Source: Candidatus Latescibacterota bacterium
GTDB taxonomy: Bacteria; Latescibacterota; CBDEFO01
Direction of reading: 5' to 3'
Length of the DNA stretch: 64,000 nt
Assembly: GCA_965248755.1 (NCBI GenBank)
Contig: OZ252149.1
Span: 352,001 to 416,000, forward strand
Shown: piece by piece, positions 29,018-38,932 of the stretch
Layout: each line of letters starts with the position of its first letter
Position numbering within the stretch: the stretch's first letter is position 1
Position numbers and translations under genes: made by a program
The notes under the pieces: model-generated
Seen by the model: the letters and a program-made list of their open reading frames with translations, nothing else
Told to the model about the DNA's origin: nothing
Databases searched by the model: none

Positions 29018-31738
29018 TTACCGTTCGAAATCCACGCGGACTTCCTCCAGCTTCGGTGAACGGCAGCCGTTCAGGTAAACCAGTGTCGCCTTGTACTGCA
29101 GCCATCTGGCATCCCTATCCACTCCATTGATCTGCTCCCCTGACTCTTCATAGAAGCTTCCCTCCCCTGCCGGTCCTTTCCAGTGGACACTTTTAAGTTT
29201 GTCTTGGCTCTCCGCCCAGCGAAGCTGGAACCTGAGCTGCGTCTTTTCAGGCTTCTCCGCCTTCCAGCTCAACATGACGGGCTTGGCGCTTTTCATATTG
29301 TAGGCCGGCGAAAGGTAATTCTCATGTGGCTCGCGGGTATAGGCATTTCCAAAATCCCGCGGAGATGCAAGATGGGGTCCCAGACCCGGCAAACGGGTAA
29401 CCCGGTCAAATGAAATCCCCTCAGGTCCGTTCCAGAAGAGCAGGGAGTCCACCTGGTGTCCGAGATCATTGCGGTGGCAGACCGTAAACAGGTCGAGGTA
29501 GCCATTGCCAGTTATGTCAACAGCCATGAAAGCACACGAGGAATCGCAGGGGATCACCTGGGGATTCTCGAAGTCGAAACTCTTTCCATCACCCCAGAAG
29601 ATGTAGGCTGGCAACTCCCGGGAGAATTTAGTCGAATAAGCCGGGACAAGCAGGTCCAGGTTCCCGTCGTTGTTGAGGTCCGCAACAGACACCAGGATGC
29701 TTGAAGCGTCTGTGGGATGGAATTCGATTCTATCCTGGGAATAACCATCAGGGCCGCCGAAAAGGATGTAGAATCCGCTGTCGTCGCGGGTGTAGTGGCC
29801 CATGACTACCGCGATCAAGTCCATCCAGCCATTCCCGTTCAGGTCGGCGCAGGTGATGGCAGCCACACCGCCTGCACCGGATCCTTCGAGGGGGACCTTC
29901 CACATTCTCTTTTCAGAGTATCCATCCGGACCTCCAAGGTACATTGACAGATATCCTCGTTTGTTATAGACGATGATGTCGAGCCAGCCGTCTTTGTTGA
30001 CGTCGGCGAGCTGAGCGTTTCCGCCGCAATATGTCGGCAGTACGGTCGAACGGTCCGGGGAAAACCCGGAAGGCGAGCCGTAGAAGATCACCGAAGAGTT
30101 TGCCATGGTCTCGGGCTTGTCGTCGTAGGTGTAGGCGACTGCAAGCAGGTCCAGCCAGCCGTCGCGGTTGAAGTCGCCTACCAGCACGTAGTGAATCTTC
30201 TGCGCCCGGCAGGGCAGGATGGAGTACCTGTCCGGCAGCAGTCCGTCGGGGCCGCCGTGAAATACCCGGAGGCCTTCCGGGGACGTAAACGCTAGATCAG
30301 GATAGCCGTCAAGATCCAGATCCGCCAATGCATAGGTGTTGGCTTCCCCTCCTGTTGGAAGCTCCAGCCTCCGGGAAGCGTCGTACTCGCATTGCTCGTT
30401 ACCGAGATAGACGTAGACAGGAAAATCGGGATCGAACTGGGACGGGCCGCGAAGTGTATTGTTGAAAATGATCTCTGGTCTACCATCGCCGTCCAAGTCT
30501 CCCGCGGTGCATCCCACTGCACCCGCCGTGGAAAGCCAGGTGGCGCGGTCGCACGAGAATCCTTCCGGACCGTTCCAAAAAACAGCCGATTCGGACTCAT
30601 ATGTCTTTCCGTTCTGGTACCTGGACATCAACAAGTCGAGCCGGCCGTCACCGTCGAGGTCAGCGCTCTCCACCCAGCTACAGTACTTCATCGGCAGCAG
30701 GGCCGCCACTTTGTTCAGGTCGTCCTGTGCCCGTATCTCTACTCCTTCCAGCGTGGCGAGGACAAGCTCGTTCCTGCCGTCGCCGTCCACATCGGCTACT
30801 TCCACACGTATTGCGCCCCGGCTGAACATAGTGGTGTTGCCTTCGGCTTCCAGAACCGTAAGGTCGTCGGGCCGAAAGCTGCCTCCCCTGTTCCAGTAGA
30901 TGTAGATACTGTTCCCACCGGTGAAGATGATCTCCTTAGCCCCGTCTCCATCCAGGTCACCCAGAACAACCTGCATCGCATAATGAGAGGGAAGACTGAG
31001 AGGCGAAGTAGTGTCAAAGCCGTCTTCCGTTCCCCAGTAAATAAAAGAGTCGGTATCGTACTCGAATTCCTCGCGGTAGTTGGCCACAACGAGCTCAGGC
31101 CAGCCGTCTCCGTTCAGATCTTCGCAGGCGACCGAGAGGGCCGCGACGCCGAGAAGCCCATAGCGCTCTGATGCATCTTTGAACCTGCGTGGCTCAATCT
31201 GCTGGTACACGTGCATGAGTCGGGGTCTTCCAGCGTTGTGGTGGTCGACCCATGCCGATGGCAAGATGATGTCCAAGCACCCGTTACCCGTGAGGTCAAA
31301 GAGGGCCACATCGTATGCGCCTGCAGTTGGAAGCTCGGTGCGATCTCCGCTCAGCCCGTCAGCGCCGCCCCAGTAAATGTACGAGTCCAGCTCCGATGTA
31401 ACGCCGTTCTCCGCATTCACTACGATCAGGTCGAGGTGCCCGTCGCCGTCGACATCCACGACCCGACTCATCCATCCACTGTCGTTGGGCAACTCAGCCC
31501 TGGGCCAGTCTTGGCCCCCTGCCTGGGTGTAAATCCATGTTGGTCCGCGCTCGATGTAGCCATGAGAGTTGGGGAACACAATGTCCACATAGCCGTCGTT
31601 ATTGACATCGAACCTGTGGATCGTCTCTATGGTTCCCCTGGCGTTCACATAGAGGTTATCTCCCCCATTGTCGAAGAGACCCTTGGAAAACTCCTCAAAG
31701 TCTCTGTGTACCCAGGCAAGCTCTTCAGTGTGCCTCAT
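29018..31738 (-). CDS. FG-GAP/VCBS repeat protein
   Basis: More than ten D[LVF][ND]GDGxxD repeats; AAGGAGG RBS; no obvious signal peptide. Confidence 0.9.
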   Translation of the reverse strand: MRHTEELAWVHRDFEEFSKGLFDNGGDNLYVNARGTIETIHRFDVNNDGYVDIVFPNSHGYIERGPTWIYTQAGGQDWPRAELPNDSGWMSRVVDVDGDGHLDLIVVNAENGVTSELDSYIYWGGADGLSGDRTELPTAGAYDVALFDLTGNGCLDIILPSAWVDHHNAGRPRLMHVYQQIEPRRFKDASERYGLLGVAALSVACEDLNGDGWPELVVANYREEFEYDTDSFIYWGTEDGFDTTSPLSLPSHYAMQVVLGDLDGDGAKEIIFTGGNSIYIYWNRGGSFRPDDLTVLEAEGNTTMFSRGAIRVEVADVDGDGRNELVLATLEGVEIRAQDDLNKVAALLPMKYCSWVESADLDGDGRLDLLMSRYQNGKTYESESAVFWNGPEGFSCDRATWLSTAGAVGCTAGDLDGDGRPEIIFNNTLRGPSQFDPDFPVYVYLGNEQCEYDASRRLELPTGGEANTYALADLDLDGYPDLAFTSPEGLRVFHGGPDGLLPDRYSILPCRAQKIHYVLVGDFNRDGWLDLLAVAYTYDDKPETMANSSVIFYGSPSGFSPDRSTVLPTYCGGNAQLADVNKDGWLDIIVYNKRGYLSMYLGGPDGYSEKRMWKVPLEGSGAGGVAAITCADLNGNGWMDLIAVVMGHYTRDDSGFYILFGGPDGYSQDRIEFHPTDASSILVSVADLNNDGNLDLLVPAYSTKFSRELPAYIFWGDGKSFDFENPQVIPCDSSCAFMAVDITGNGYLDLFTVCHRNDLGHQVDSLLFWNGPEGISFDRVTRLPGLGPHLASPRDFGNAYTREPHENYLSPAYNMKSAKPVMLSWKAEKPEKTQLRFQLRWAESQDKLKSVHWKGPAGEGSFYEESGEQINGVDRDARWLQYKATLVYLNGCRSPKLEEVRVDFER

Positions 31739-32457
31739 AGTCCCTCCTTATACAACTGCTCCATCCATAGCCAAACTAGACATAACTATCCCAAGATAAG
31801 GTGCTTGATAAATTCTATTCCCATTCCCAGATAAAAGCAGAAAATGATAGAGGAGGTATAGTGACCCCCAGAAAGTCGACATTTATTGAGCACCCTGAGG
31901 CAGCAGATAAAATCTTCTTTACCATTCTTGTGGAGTTCTGCATCCCAGGGACGAATGGAAACGCTTTCTGTTGTAGTCATCGATCCACTGGAATATCCCT
32001 GCGGTCCGTCTTGACCTCTGGCATTACTTCTTTGAAGTTGTCGAACCGATTGACCTTGACTTTTCTACCAAACTTCTACTAAATTTCTACTGGAACAAGG
32101 GGAATACCATAAAATAACACGAAACAAGAAGAAAGTCAATAGCCTTTATCTCCAAACAAGACAAAGAGTTAGGGAATAATACGAAACAGGATAGAAAAGC
32201 TTCACTTGACAACTGATCGGCATTATCCTTTATTTGAGCGCAAAATCAATGAAATTCTAATCGAAGTCCCAAAGAATGTTGAAAGCACTCCTTTTGAGAA
32301 AAGATCAGGATCTTTTTTGGAGCTCATGCGCCATTATTTTCCGAACAATTCATATTGACTGTAATTTTGCTTTTCTCCTCACGATGAAAGGGGCCTCCAA
32401 AAAGTATCGAAAGAACTTTTAGGGGAGGAATCGGCAGGTTGTCTATTGGAGATTTTG

Positions 32458-32919
32458 ATGAAGAAAAAGGAGTTACTATTCTATAAGAAACTACTGCTGG
32501 AACGTCAAAAGGAGATCATAAAGGGAATTGACTTCCAGGAGGATAATATAAGACAGCTTCAGCATGAGCGTCCCTCCGATCAGGCCGACACAGCCACCGA
32601 TAGTGCGTCAGTATCGTCCTCCCTGGAACTGCTGATGGCGCTTGGAGATAGCGACAGGATAGAACTCAACGACATCGATTTAGCGTTAGAAAAGATAGAG
32701 GACAAAACATATGGCACGTGCGAAGTATGCGGCAGCAACATAGGCAAAGACAGATTAGAGGCAATTCCAACTGCAAGCCTGTGCCATCCCTGTAAGGAAA
32801 AGGAAGAGAAGGAAAAAGTACTCTATACTCCCCGCAGGGGAACAGCATGGTCCCACCAAACCGTAGAAGGAGAGAAGGAGTCTAATTTGAACGATTCCAA
32901 TAAGACCGATGAGGAGTAA
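32458..32919 (+). CDS. DksA/TraR C4-type zinc-finger protein
   Basis: Coiled coil with DQADTA, YGTCEVCG, RLEAIP...LCHPC; GGAG RBS before ATG 32458. Confidence 0.88.
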   Translation: MKKKELLFYKKLLLERQKEIIKGIDFQEDNIRQLQHERPSDQADTATDSASVSSSLELLMALGDSDRIELNDIDLALEKIEDKTYGTCEVCGSNIGKDRLEAIPTASLCHPCKEKEEKEKVLYTPRRGTAWSHQTVEGEKESNLNDSNKTDEE

Positions 32920-35293
32920 GTTTCCGAGAAACAAGCCTGGACCAACTGAAGTACCCGAAGAACTTCGCAACGAACTTACAAGAGTCCAGATGCTCAAAGG
33001 GATGAGGCTGATCATCTTTCAGAGTATATTCGGAACAAGCTGGTTCAGCCTCACCAACGGAGTATTCTTCACAGGGCTGGCGCTTACTCTTGGGGCCTCT
33101 AACTTCCAGATAGGAATCCTTGCTTCCCTTCCGGCGCTTACCAATCTCTTTCAGCCCGTTGCGTCCATCTTCGTCGAGAAACTCCGCCGCAGAAAAGCCT
33201 ATGTAGTATCTCTTGCCGAAACCTTCAGAACGCTGTGGACGCTGCCCATCTTCATACCATTTTTTGTCCCGCAAGACCTCTGGATTACCACCTTAGTAGC
33301 CCTTATATTCCTCTCCAGTCTCGCCTTTTCAATGGCAGTACCAGCCTGGACGGTATGGGCCTCCGACCTTGTGCCCGAAAATATGAGGGGCAGGTTCTTC
33401 AGCAGGCGAAACACAGTCGGCGGAACAGTGGGCATGCTGGTCGCATTGGCTGCCGGAAAGGTCCTGGACAAATTCAGCGGTCGACCCGAGGGCTTCCCCG
33501 AAGGATACAACGGCTTTCTAATAATCTTTGGAGTCGCCTTTGTCTTCATCGCACTGGATACTATCTTCTTCCTTCAAAGGCCTGAGCCTCCTCCAAAAAG
33601 AGAAGAGAACCTGACCATATCTTATCTTTGGAAACTACCCTTCCAGGATAAGAATTTCCTGAAGTTCTCCCTCTTTATCGCCTTTTGGTCCTTCGCAACT
33701 GGAATCGCAGCTCCTTTTTACGCCGTCTTCATGATAGAAGAGCTTAAGATAAACTACTCCACGATAGCCCTCTTTACCGCTTTGGGAACGCTGAGCACCA
33801 TCCTTTCATACCCTTTTTGGGGATTCCTCTCCGATAAATTCGGCAATAAACCCATACTCAAGATAAGCACGTCAATCGCCATGTTCCTGCCTATCCTGTG
33901 GATGTTCAACACAAAGGATAACTACCAGCTTATCCCCATAGTCCACATTCTTGGCGGCATGTCCACCGCAGCTATCACCTTAACCTCCTTCAACCTGCTT
34001 TTAAGGGTCACTCCTGAAAAGAGAAGATCTATCTACATTGCTATCTACGCCATGTTCTCAGGGATAGCCGCCTTTGTTGCCCCCATAGCAGGAGGATACC
34101 TAGCCGAAACCTTGTCCGAGGTGCAGTTATCCATCGGAAACTTCCCAGTTGGGAGCCTTCAGATTATATTCTTGCTATCTTCTGCCTTGACCCTTATCAG
34201 CGGACACTTCTTTCCCGACGTCAAAGAGTCGAGCCAAGTTGGAGCAGGCGAGGTCATAAGAAACCTTTGGACATCCAACCCCTTCAGCGTATTCTACAAC
34301 CTGTACTTGTTCTCCAGGTCCGATACTGAAAGCGACAGGTTCAGAACCGCAAGAATCCTGGGAGTGCTGAAGAGTCCCCTGGCTGTGGACGACCTGATAA
34401 GAGCACTGAACGACCCCAGCCAGGAAGTCAGACGTCAGGCAGCAAGATCCCTGGGAGAGATAGGACACAAAAAAGCTCTAACAGCCTTGATAGAAAAGCT
34501 GGATGACCCCGAAGCCAACATACAGCCCCAGGCAGCATGGGCAATAGGACAGATAGGCTCTCACGAAGGGACAAAGCCCCTCATAGACCACCTATATGAC
34601 CCGGACCTCCAGGTCCGCATAAACTCTGTTATGTCCCTGCGAAAGATCGGAGATAGAAAAGCAATAGATGCCCTCAAGAAATTAGCGCAGGACGAAAGGA
34701 GAAACCATCAGATACTCCCCGTCGTAGTAGACGCCCTTGCAGAGCTTGGAGAGAGGGACATCGTATGGCTCTGCTTTGACGCCTATCCCCAGTTCAAATC
34801 ACCCATAATCAAAAGACAACTGCTCTCATCAATCGCAGAGATGGCAGGAGACGGCAAGACCTTCTACAGATTGGTAGGATTGGATGCCTACAGACGAGAC
34901 CTATACGTAACAGATCTTCTAAAATCCGCAGGAGCCAGACTTGGCAGCAGATCTTCCTTTCTTGCTCCACGCGAGCGCACAGAGACTAGACAGGTTATCC
35001 AAGCCTCGATAAATGCCTATCAAAGAGAAAGATACCTCGAAGCTATATTAGTCCTAGAGGGACTGATAGACACGTTAGAAGATTGGAAAGAGGGAGTTAA
35101 AACGTCCCTTAAAGAAGACGAGCAAGGGGAATTAGTCTCAATCGCCCTCTCTCTGAGAATCTACAAGTACCTGGTTAAGAAATCCGAAAGTGAGCAATTA
35201 GACACAGATGAAGCTAACCTCGGTTTGGTAGCTTTCCTCTCCGTTGTCGATCGCGCGATTGGACTGAAAGGGAAAATTGGAAGAATGTCATAA
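32909..35293 (+). CDS. MFS transporter fused to C-terminal HEAT-repeat domain
   Basis: About 12 TM segments (G.LSDKFG motif) followed by VRRQAARSLGEIG-type PBS/HEAT repeats. Confidence 0.85.
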   Translation: MRSKFPRNKPGPTEVPEELRNELTRVQMLKGMRLIIFQSIFGTSWFSLTNGVFFTGLALTLGASNFQIGILASLPALTNLFQPVASIFVEKLRRRKAYVVSLAETFRTLWTLPIFIPFFVPQDLWITTLVALIFLSSLAFSMAVPAWTVWASDLVPENMRGRFFSRRNTVGGTVGMLVALAAGKVLDKFSGRPEGFPEGYNGFLIIFGVAFVFIALDTIFFLQRPEPPPKREENLTISYLWKLPFQDKNFLKFSLFIAFWSFATGIAAPFYAVFMIEELKINYSTIALFTALGTLSTILSYPFWGFLSDKFGNKPILKISTSIAMFLPILWMFNTKDNYQLIPIVHILGGMSTAAITLTSFNLLLRVTPEKRRSIYIAIYAMFSGIAAFVAPIAGGYLAETLSEVQLSIGNFPVGSLQIIFLLSSALTLISGHFFPDVKESSQVGAGEVIRNLWTSNPFSVFYNLYLFSRSDTESDRFRTARILGVLKSPLAVDDLIRALNDPSQEVRRQAARSLGEIGHKKALTALIEKLDDPEANIQPQAAWAIGQIGSHEGTKPLIDHLYDPDLQVRINSVMSLRKIGDRKAIDALKKLAQDERRNHQILPVVVDALAELGERDIVWLCFDAYPQFKSPIIKRQLLSSIAEMAGDGKTFYRLVGLDAYRRDLYVTDLLKSAGARLGSRSSFLAPRERTETRQVIQASINAYQRERYLEAILVLEGLIDTLEDWKEGVKTSLKEDEQGELVSIALSLRIYKYLVKKSESEQLDTDEANLGLVAFLSVVDRAIGLKGKIGRMS

Positions 35294-35499
35294 AAAGAAT
35301 ACTTAAGATCTCATCCAATCTTAATCTATCTGATTCAAAACTCCCGACGGCACATTCACTTTCATCTTGACTTGGACACAGGTTTTCCCTACCTTTATAG
35401 AGTTAAGTTAGTCTCTTCTTTAGTCATAGACACCACATTGTGAAATAGCACCCTTGCCTAGTATACTGTCAGAGTTATCTAGTACTGATTGAACACCGT

Positions 35500-35548
35500 G
35501 TAGGGGCGAGGTCTCCTCGCCCTAGAGGCAGGGGAACACTGCCCCTAC
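35500..35548. repeat. GTAG-type REP doublet
   Basis: gtaggggcgag-gtctc-ctcgccct ... gcccctac; family members at 809-832, 25869-25893, 36754-36781, 53986-54011, 56364-56390, 60194-60220. Confidence 0.7.
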
Positions 35549-35618
35549 ATTATTCATTGCTGGATTTTAGTGCTATTTCTTGATGCGGCACCTATATTTA
35601 TAACGAAAGGGGTCACAG

Positions 35619-36749
35619 ATGATCAAATCTAATATCCTTGGCACAGCTGTCTGTGTGCCAACACGCACAGACAGCGCTGTTTCCAAGATAGGGATGGGCT
35701 GGGTTGCCCTGTCCACTGCCTACTGCCTACTGTTTACTTCCTTGGGGTGTTCTAATGTCCCTCAAAAGGAGATAGGCGAAGCTGAAGGGGCTATCCAAGC
35801 TGCACAGGCCGCAGGTGCCGAGAAGTACGCCCGGGCTGACCTGGCGGAATCACAAAATGCGCTTGCTGAAGCCGAGGCGAAGATCCAGCAAAAGGACTAC
35901 GAGGCCGCCAAAAAGTCAGCTCTCTTGGCCAAGCATAAAGCCGATCTGGCTAAGAGCAACGCCGACAGGCAGGCCAAATCTGTTGCAAGTGACGCCATCA
36001 GAAAGGCCCAAAAAGCTATAAAGTCCGGGTGGCAAAGTGTTTCAGACGCTGCGGTCCTCGGGATCGCAACTTCCGAATCTGAAAAGAGGCTTGACGACCT
36101 CGACATAACTTTATCTGATCTTGAGAAAAGATACCAGGAGGGCGATGTGGTAGAAAAAGCGAACCAGATTGGTAAGGAAGCTTCAAATATCAATAATCAA
36201 CTGAACAACAGCGTGCAAAAGCATAGAGAAGACGCCTTAAAGAAAGATCCCGATGATCCTAACGAAGTTGCTGTCATCGAGACCAAGTTCGGAAAGATAG
36301 TGCTTGAGTTCTTCCTCAAAGATGCCCCAAACCACGTGGCTAACTTCAAAAAACTCGCCAAAACGGGATTCTATGACGGGACGATCTTCCACCGCGTGAT
36401 CCCTGGATTTATGATTCAGGGAGGCGATATGAATAGCAAGAACAAAGATCGAGGCGATGATGGAACAGGCAGCCCCGGATATACCATTGACGCTGAGTTC
36501 AACTCCCGAAAGCACCTACCAGGGATATTATCGATGGCGAGATCCTCCGATCCCAACAGCGCCGGAAGTCAGTTCTTTATATGTGTAGCCCCTGTGACTC
36601 ACTTGGATGGGAAATACACCGTTTTCGGTCAGGCGATAGAGGGCATTGACGTGGCAGAGAAGATAGTACAGGTTCCAAAAGATAGAAGGGATAATCCCTT
36701 GGAGAGGGTAGAGATGAAGGTGTCCATTGTGGATCGAGGCTCTCTATGA
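35619..36749 (+). CDS. Lipoprotein with DUF4398-like helical domain fused to cyclophilin PPIase
   Basis: Lipobox SLGC; AQAAGAEKYA helical region; FYDGTIFHRVIPGFMIQGGD, SMARS, SAGSQFFI, HLDGKYTVFG. Confidence 0.88.
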   Translation: MIKSNILGTAVCVPTRTDSAVSKIGMGWVALSTAYCLLFTSLGCSNVPQKEIGEAEGAIQAAQAAGAEKYARADLAESQNALAEAEAKIQQKDYEAAKKSALLAKHKADLAKSNADRQAKSVASDAIRKAQKAIKSGWQSVSDAAVLGIATSESEKRLDDLDITLSDLEKRYQEGDVVEKANQIGKEASNINNQLNNSVQKHREDALKKDPDDPNEVAVIETKFGKIVLEFFLKDAPNHVANFKKLAKTGFYDGTIFHRVIPGFMIQGGDMNSKNKDRGDDGTGSPGYTIDAEFNSRKHLPGILSMARSSDPNSAGSQFFICVAPVTHLDGKYTVFGQAIEGIDVAEKIVQVPKDRRDNPLERVEMKVSIVDRGSL

Positions 36750-36808
36750 CAATGTAAGGGCGGAGTAAACCCGCGCCCTACGAAATTAAGACAGGAACGG
36801 AACAGACC

Positions 36809-37774
36809 ATGAAAAAGGTGGTAATTGTTGGACCTGGCGGACTGGGCGGCACTATTGCAGCGCTTGTAGCCAAAAGTGGAGAATGTGAGATAGCTATAAT
36901 AGGTCGCCCGGGAGCTCATATTGAGTCCATTCGAAAGGACGGACTCCGTCTCACCGGGCTTCAGGAATTCACAGTTCAGATCGATGCCATAGATGATCCT
37001 CAAAGCCTCCGGGAATGCGATTTCCTGATCTTCGCAATGAAAGCCCAGGACACACAGGCAGCGCTAATGAATACAGAGCATATACGCGTTCGCGATTCGG
37101 TGTCCTCTGTTCAGAACGGAGTGATAAAAGACCAACTTTTGGCTGACACGTTCGGGAAAGAAAAGGTGATCGGGGCTGTGGCCGTCGTCGCAGGAGAACG
37201 TCCGGAGCCAGGTGTGGTGAAATGGACGTACGATGGACTTACACAATTTGGCGAACTGGACGGCGGGACGTCGGAGCGGGTTGCATATAGTGTAGATATA
37301 TTCCAAAAGGCAGGTCTCACCACACAAGCCTCCGATTCTGTGCTGTCCTCCACGTGGTCAAAGATGGTAGGCTGGATACCGATTGGACTTATTGCTACCC
37401 TCTCAAGACAGAATAATGCTGGCCTTTTATCAAACCGGCTACTCGCCAGGGAGTACGTCGGCATGGTTCGCGAACTCAGCGCTTTAGCTGAAGCAAAAGG
37501 GATCCCCTTGATTGATCTTGGTCCCTATCACGTCAAAACGTGGTGTCAGGGTACAGTAGAGGATGCAGTTGAGCGGGTGATGACATCACCCTTAGCCAGC
37601 AGTAAAGCTACTCACTCCGCTCTCCAGGATATACAGAAAGGGTATCCTACTGAGTTTAGCATCTGTGTAGGTCCCATGTTCGAGGATGCCCGAAAAAATT
37701 CTATTCCCATTACGGCACTACAGGCGATGTATTCCACGCTTATGGGATTGGAGGAGACGCTGAAGATACGATAG
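36809..37774 (+). CDS. Ketopantoate reductase (ApbA/PanE) family protein
   Basis: GPGGLGG, KAQDT, VQNG, WSK, SALQD...TE. Confidence 0.85.
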   Translation: MKKVVIVGPGGLGGTIAALVAKSGECEIAIIGRPGAHIESIRKDGLRLTGLQEFTVQIDAIDDPQSLRECDFLIFAMKAQDTQAALMNTEHIRVRDSVSSVQNGVIKDQLLADTFGKEKVIGAVAVVAGERPEPGVVKWTYDGLTQFGELDGGTSERVAYSVDIFQKAGLTTQASDSVLSSTWSKMVGWIPIGLIATLSRQNNAGLLSNRLLAREYVGMVRELSALAEAKGIPLIDLGPYHVKTWCQGTVEDAVERVMTSPLASSKATHSALQDIQKGYPTEFSICVGPMFEDARKNSIPITALQAMYSTLMGLEETLKIR

Positions 37775-37931
37775 AGAGCATATAGGGTAAGACGGTCCAA
37801 CGGCGATTGCTTCGGGATAAACCTCCGCGCAATGATACCTCTTCCCATCAGTCATTGCGAGCCGAAGCCCAGAGCGAAGTCAAGGGGCAGCGAAGAAATC
37901 TTAAGGGATAGGCGGCGGTACCCTGCATACT

Positions 37932-38684
37932 CTACTGTCTACTTCCTCTGTAGAGTCCCATCCCGTGAATAAAGGACTCGATCTGGGGAGGCACAAGGTC
38001 GCTAATGCGCTTCCCTTCTTTTGTGCAATCTCTAACCTTGGTAGATGAGATAAAAGCTGTAAGTTCCGATATCTTAAGAACATCCACCCTGTCACAAAAT
38101 CTCCTGTTTTCCTCCATCTCAACTAGATTATGTACTTCATCTATTCCCTTATCCCCCCTGTTTGCCACCAGAAACTTGCTCTTTGCAAAGAGGCTATCAA
38201 GCGAAGAATCCCTGTCTTCGTAATACTTCCTGTCCAGCACTCTTGCGATAGTGTCATAGCCCACGATGAAGAAAATCTCCGTATCCGGAGGATATAGCTT
38301 CTCCAACGGTGGGAGCTTGTCCAAGAAACGGCCTTTATTGGATAACCCCACAGAGATACTCGGGCTGTCTTGGGAGAACAGAATAAGCATAAAAAGCCTA
38401 TCCTCCAAGGAGGCTCCGAAGATCTCTTTATCCATTGCCTTTTTGTCCAACACCAGGAGTATCTCATCTAATCTGGCAGACTCTGCCGCCTCGAAGATGA
38501 GTTCGGCGTGAGATACAGTAATGGGGTTAAACGACGCCGGAAAGACCCCCAGTCTTTGACCCATTCGCCTCACGCCCCTCTGTGCTCTTGCCACCAGATC
38601 AATAGTCGGAGGACCTGCCAAGTCGCTCTTCTCCACAACCTCACGCAAGCTTGATATTTTCAGATCGTAGGTGCTATCAGCCAT
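37932..38684 (-). CDS. Nicotinate/nicotinamide-nucleotide adenylyltransferase-like (cytidylyltransferase family)
   Basis: ASFNPITVSH, VGYDT, ISSTKVR, VPP.I..FI...GLY. Confidence 0.8.
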   Translation of the reverse strand: MADSTYDLKISSLREVVEKSDLAGPPTIDLVARAQRGVRRMGQRLGVFPASFNPITVSHAELIFEAAESARLDEILLVLDKKAMDKEIFGASLEDRLFMLILFSQDSPSISVGLSNKGRFLDKLPPLEKLYPPDTEIFFIVGYDTIARVLDRKYYEDRDSSLDSLFAKSKFLVANRGDKGIDEVHNLVEMEENRRFCDRVDVLKISELTAFISSTKVRDCTKEGKRISDLVPPQIESFIHGMGLYRGSRQ

Positions 38685-38801
38685 CTTCAGATTATTCCTT
38701 ATAAGTGCTCGCTCCGAATCAACAATTTAGGGAATATCGGGAAATTCGTCAAGGCAAAACTATGCTCCGAGATGAGGTTATTGAAAAAACAAAAAAAGTA
38801 C

Positions 38802-38830
38802 TTGACCATTAATTTTTTAACTTGTAATAT
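38802..38830 (+). promoter_or_regulatory. Sigma70-type promoter
   Basis: TTGACC-17 bp-TAATAT preceded by an A-tract. Confidence 0.55.
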
Positions 38831-38932
38831 TAAGAAGTTTATTGAGTTATCAATGCTTTATACTGAATAATAATTGTTTGATTAGAACGTTATTATGTGT
38901 CATGATGAATCCGTTCCAAGAGGTAATAAACT

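Larger units (their letters stand above)
15333..32218. mobile_element. Decayed integrative genomic island bounded by 15-bp direct repeat ACTTGACAACTGATC
   Basis: Identical 15-mers at 15333-15347 and 32204-32218; integrase remnant next to the left copy; TTCTAC arm-type repeats inside both ends; mosaic content. Confidence 0.75.
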
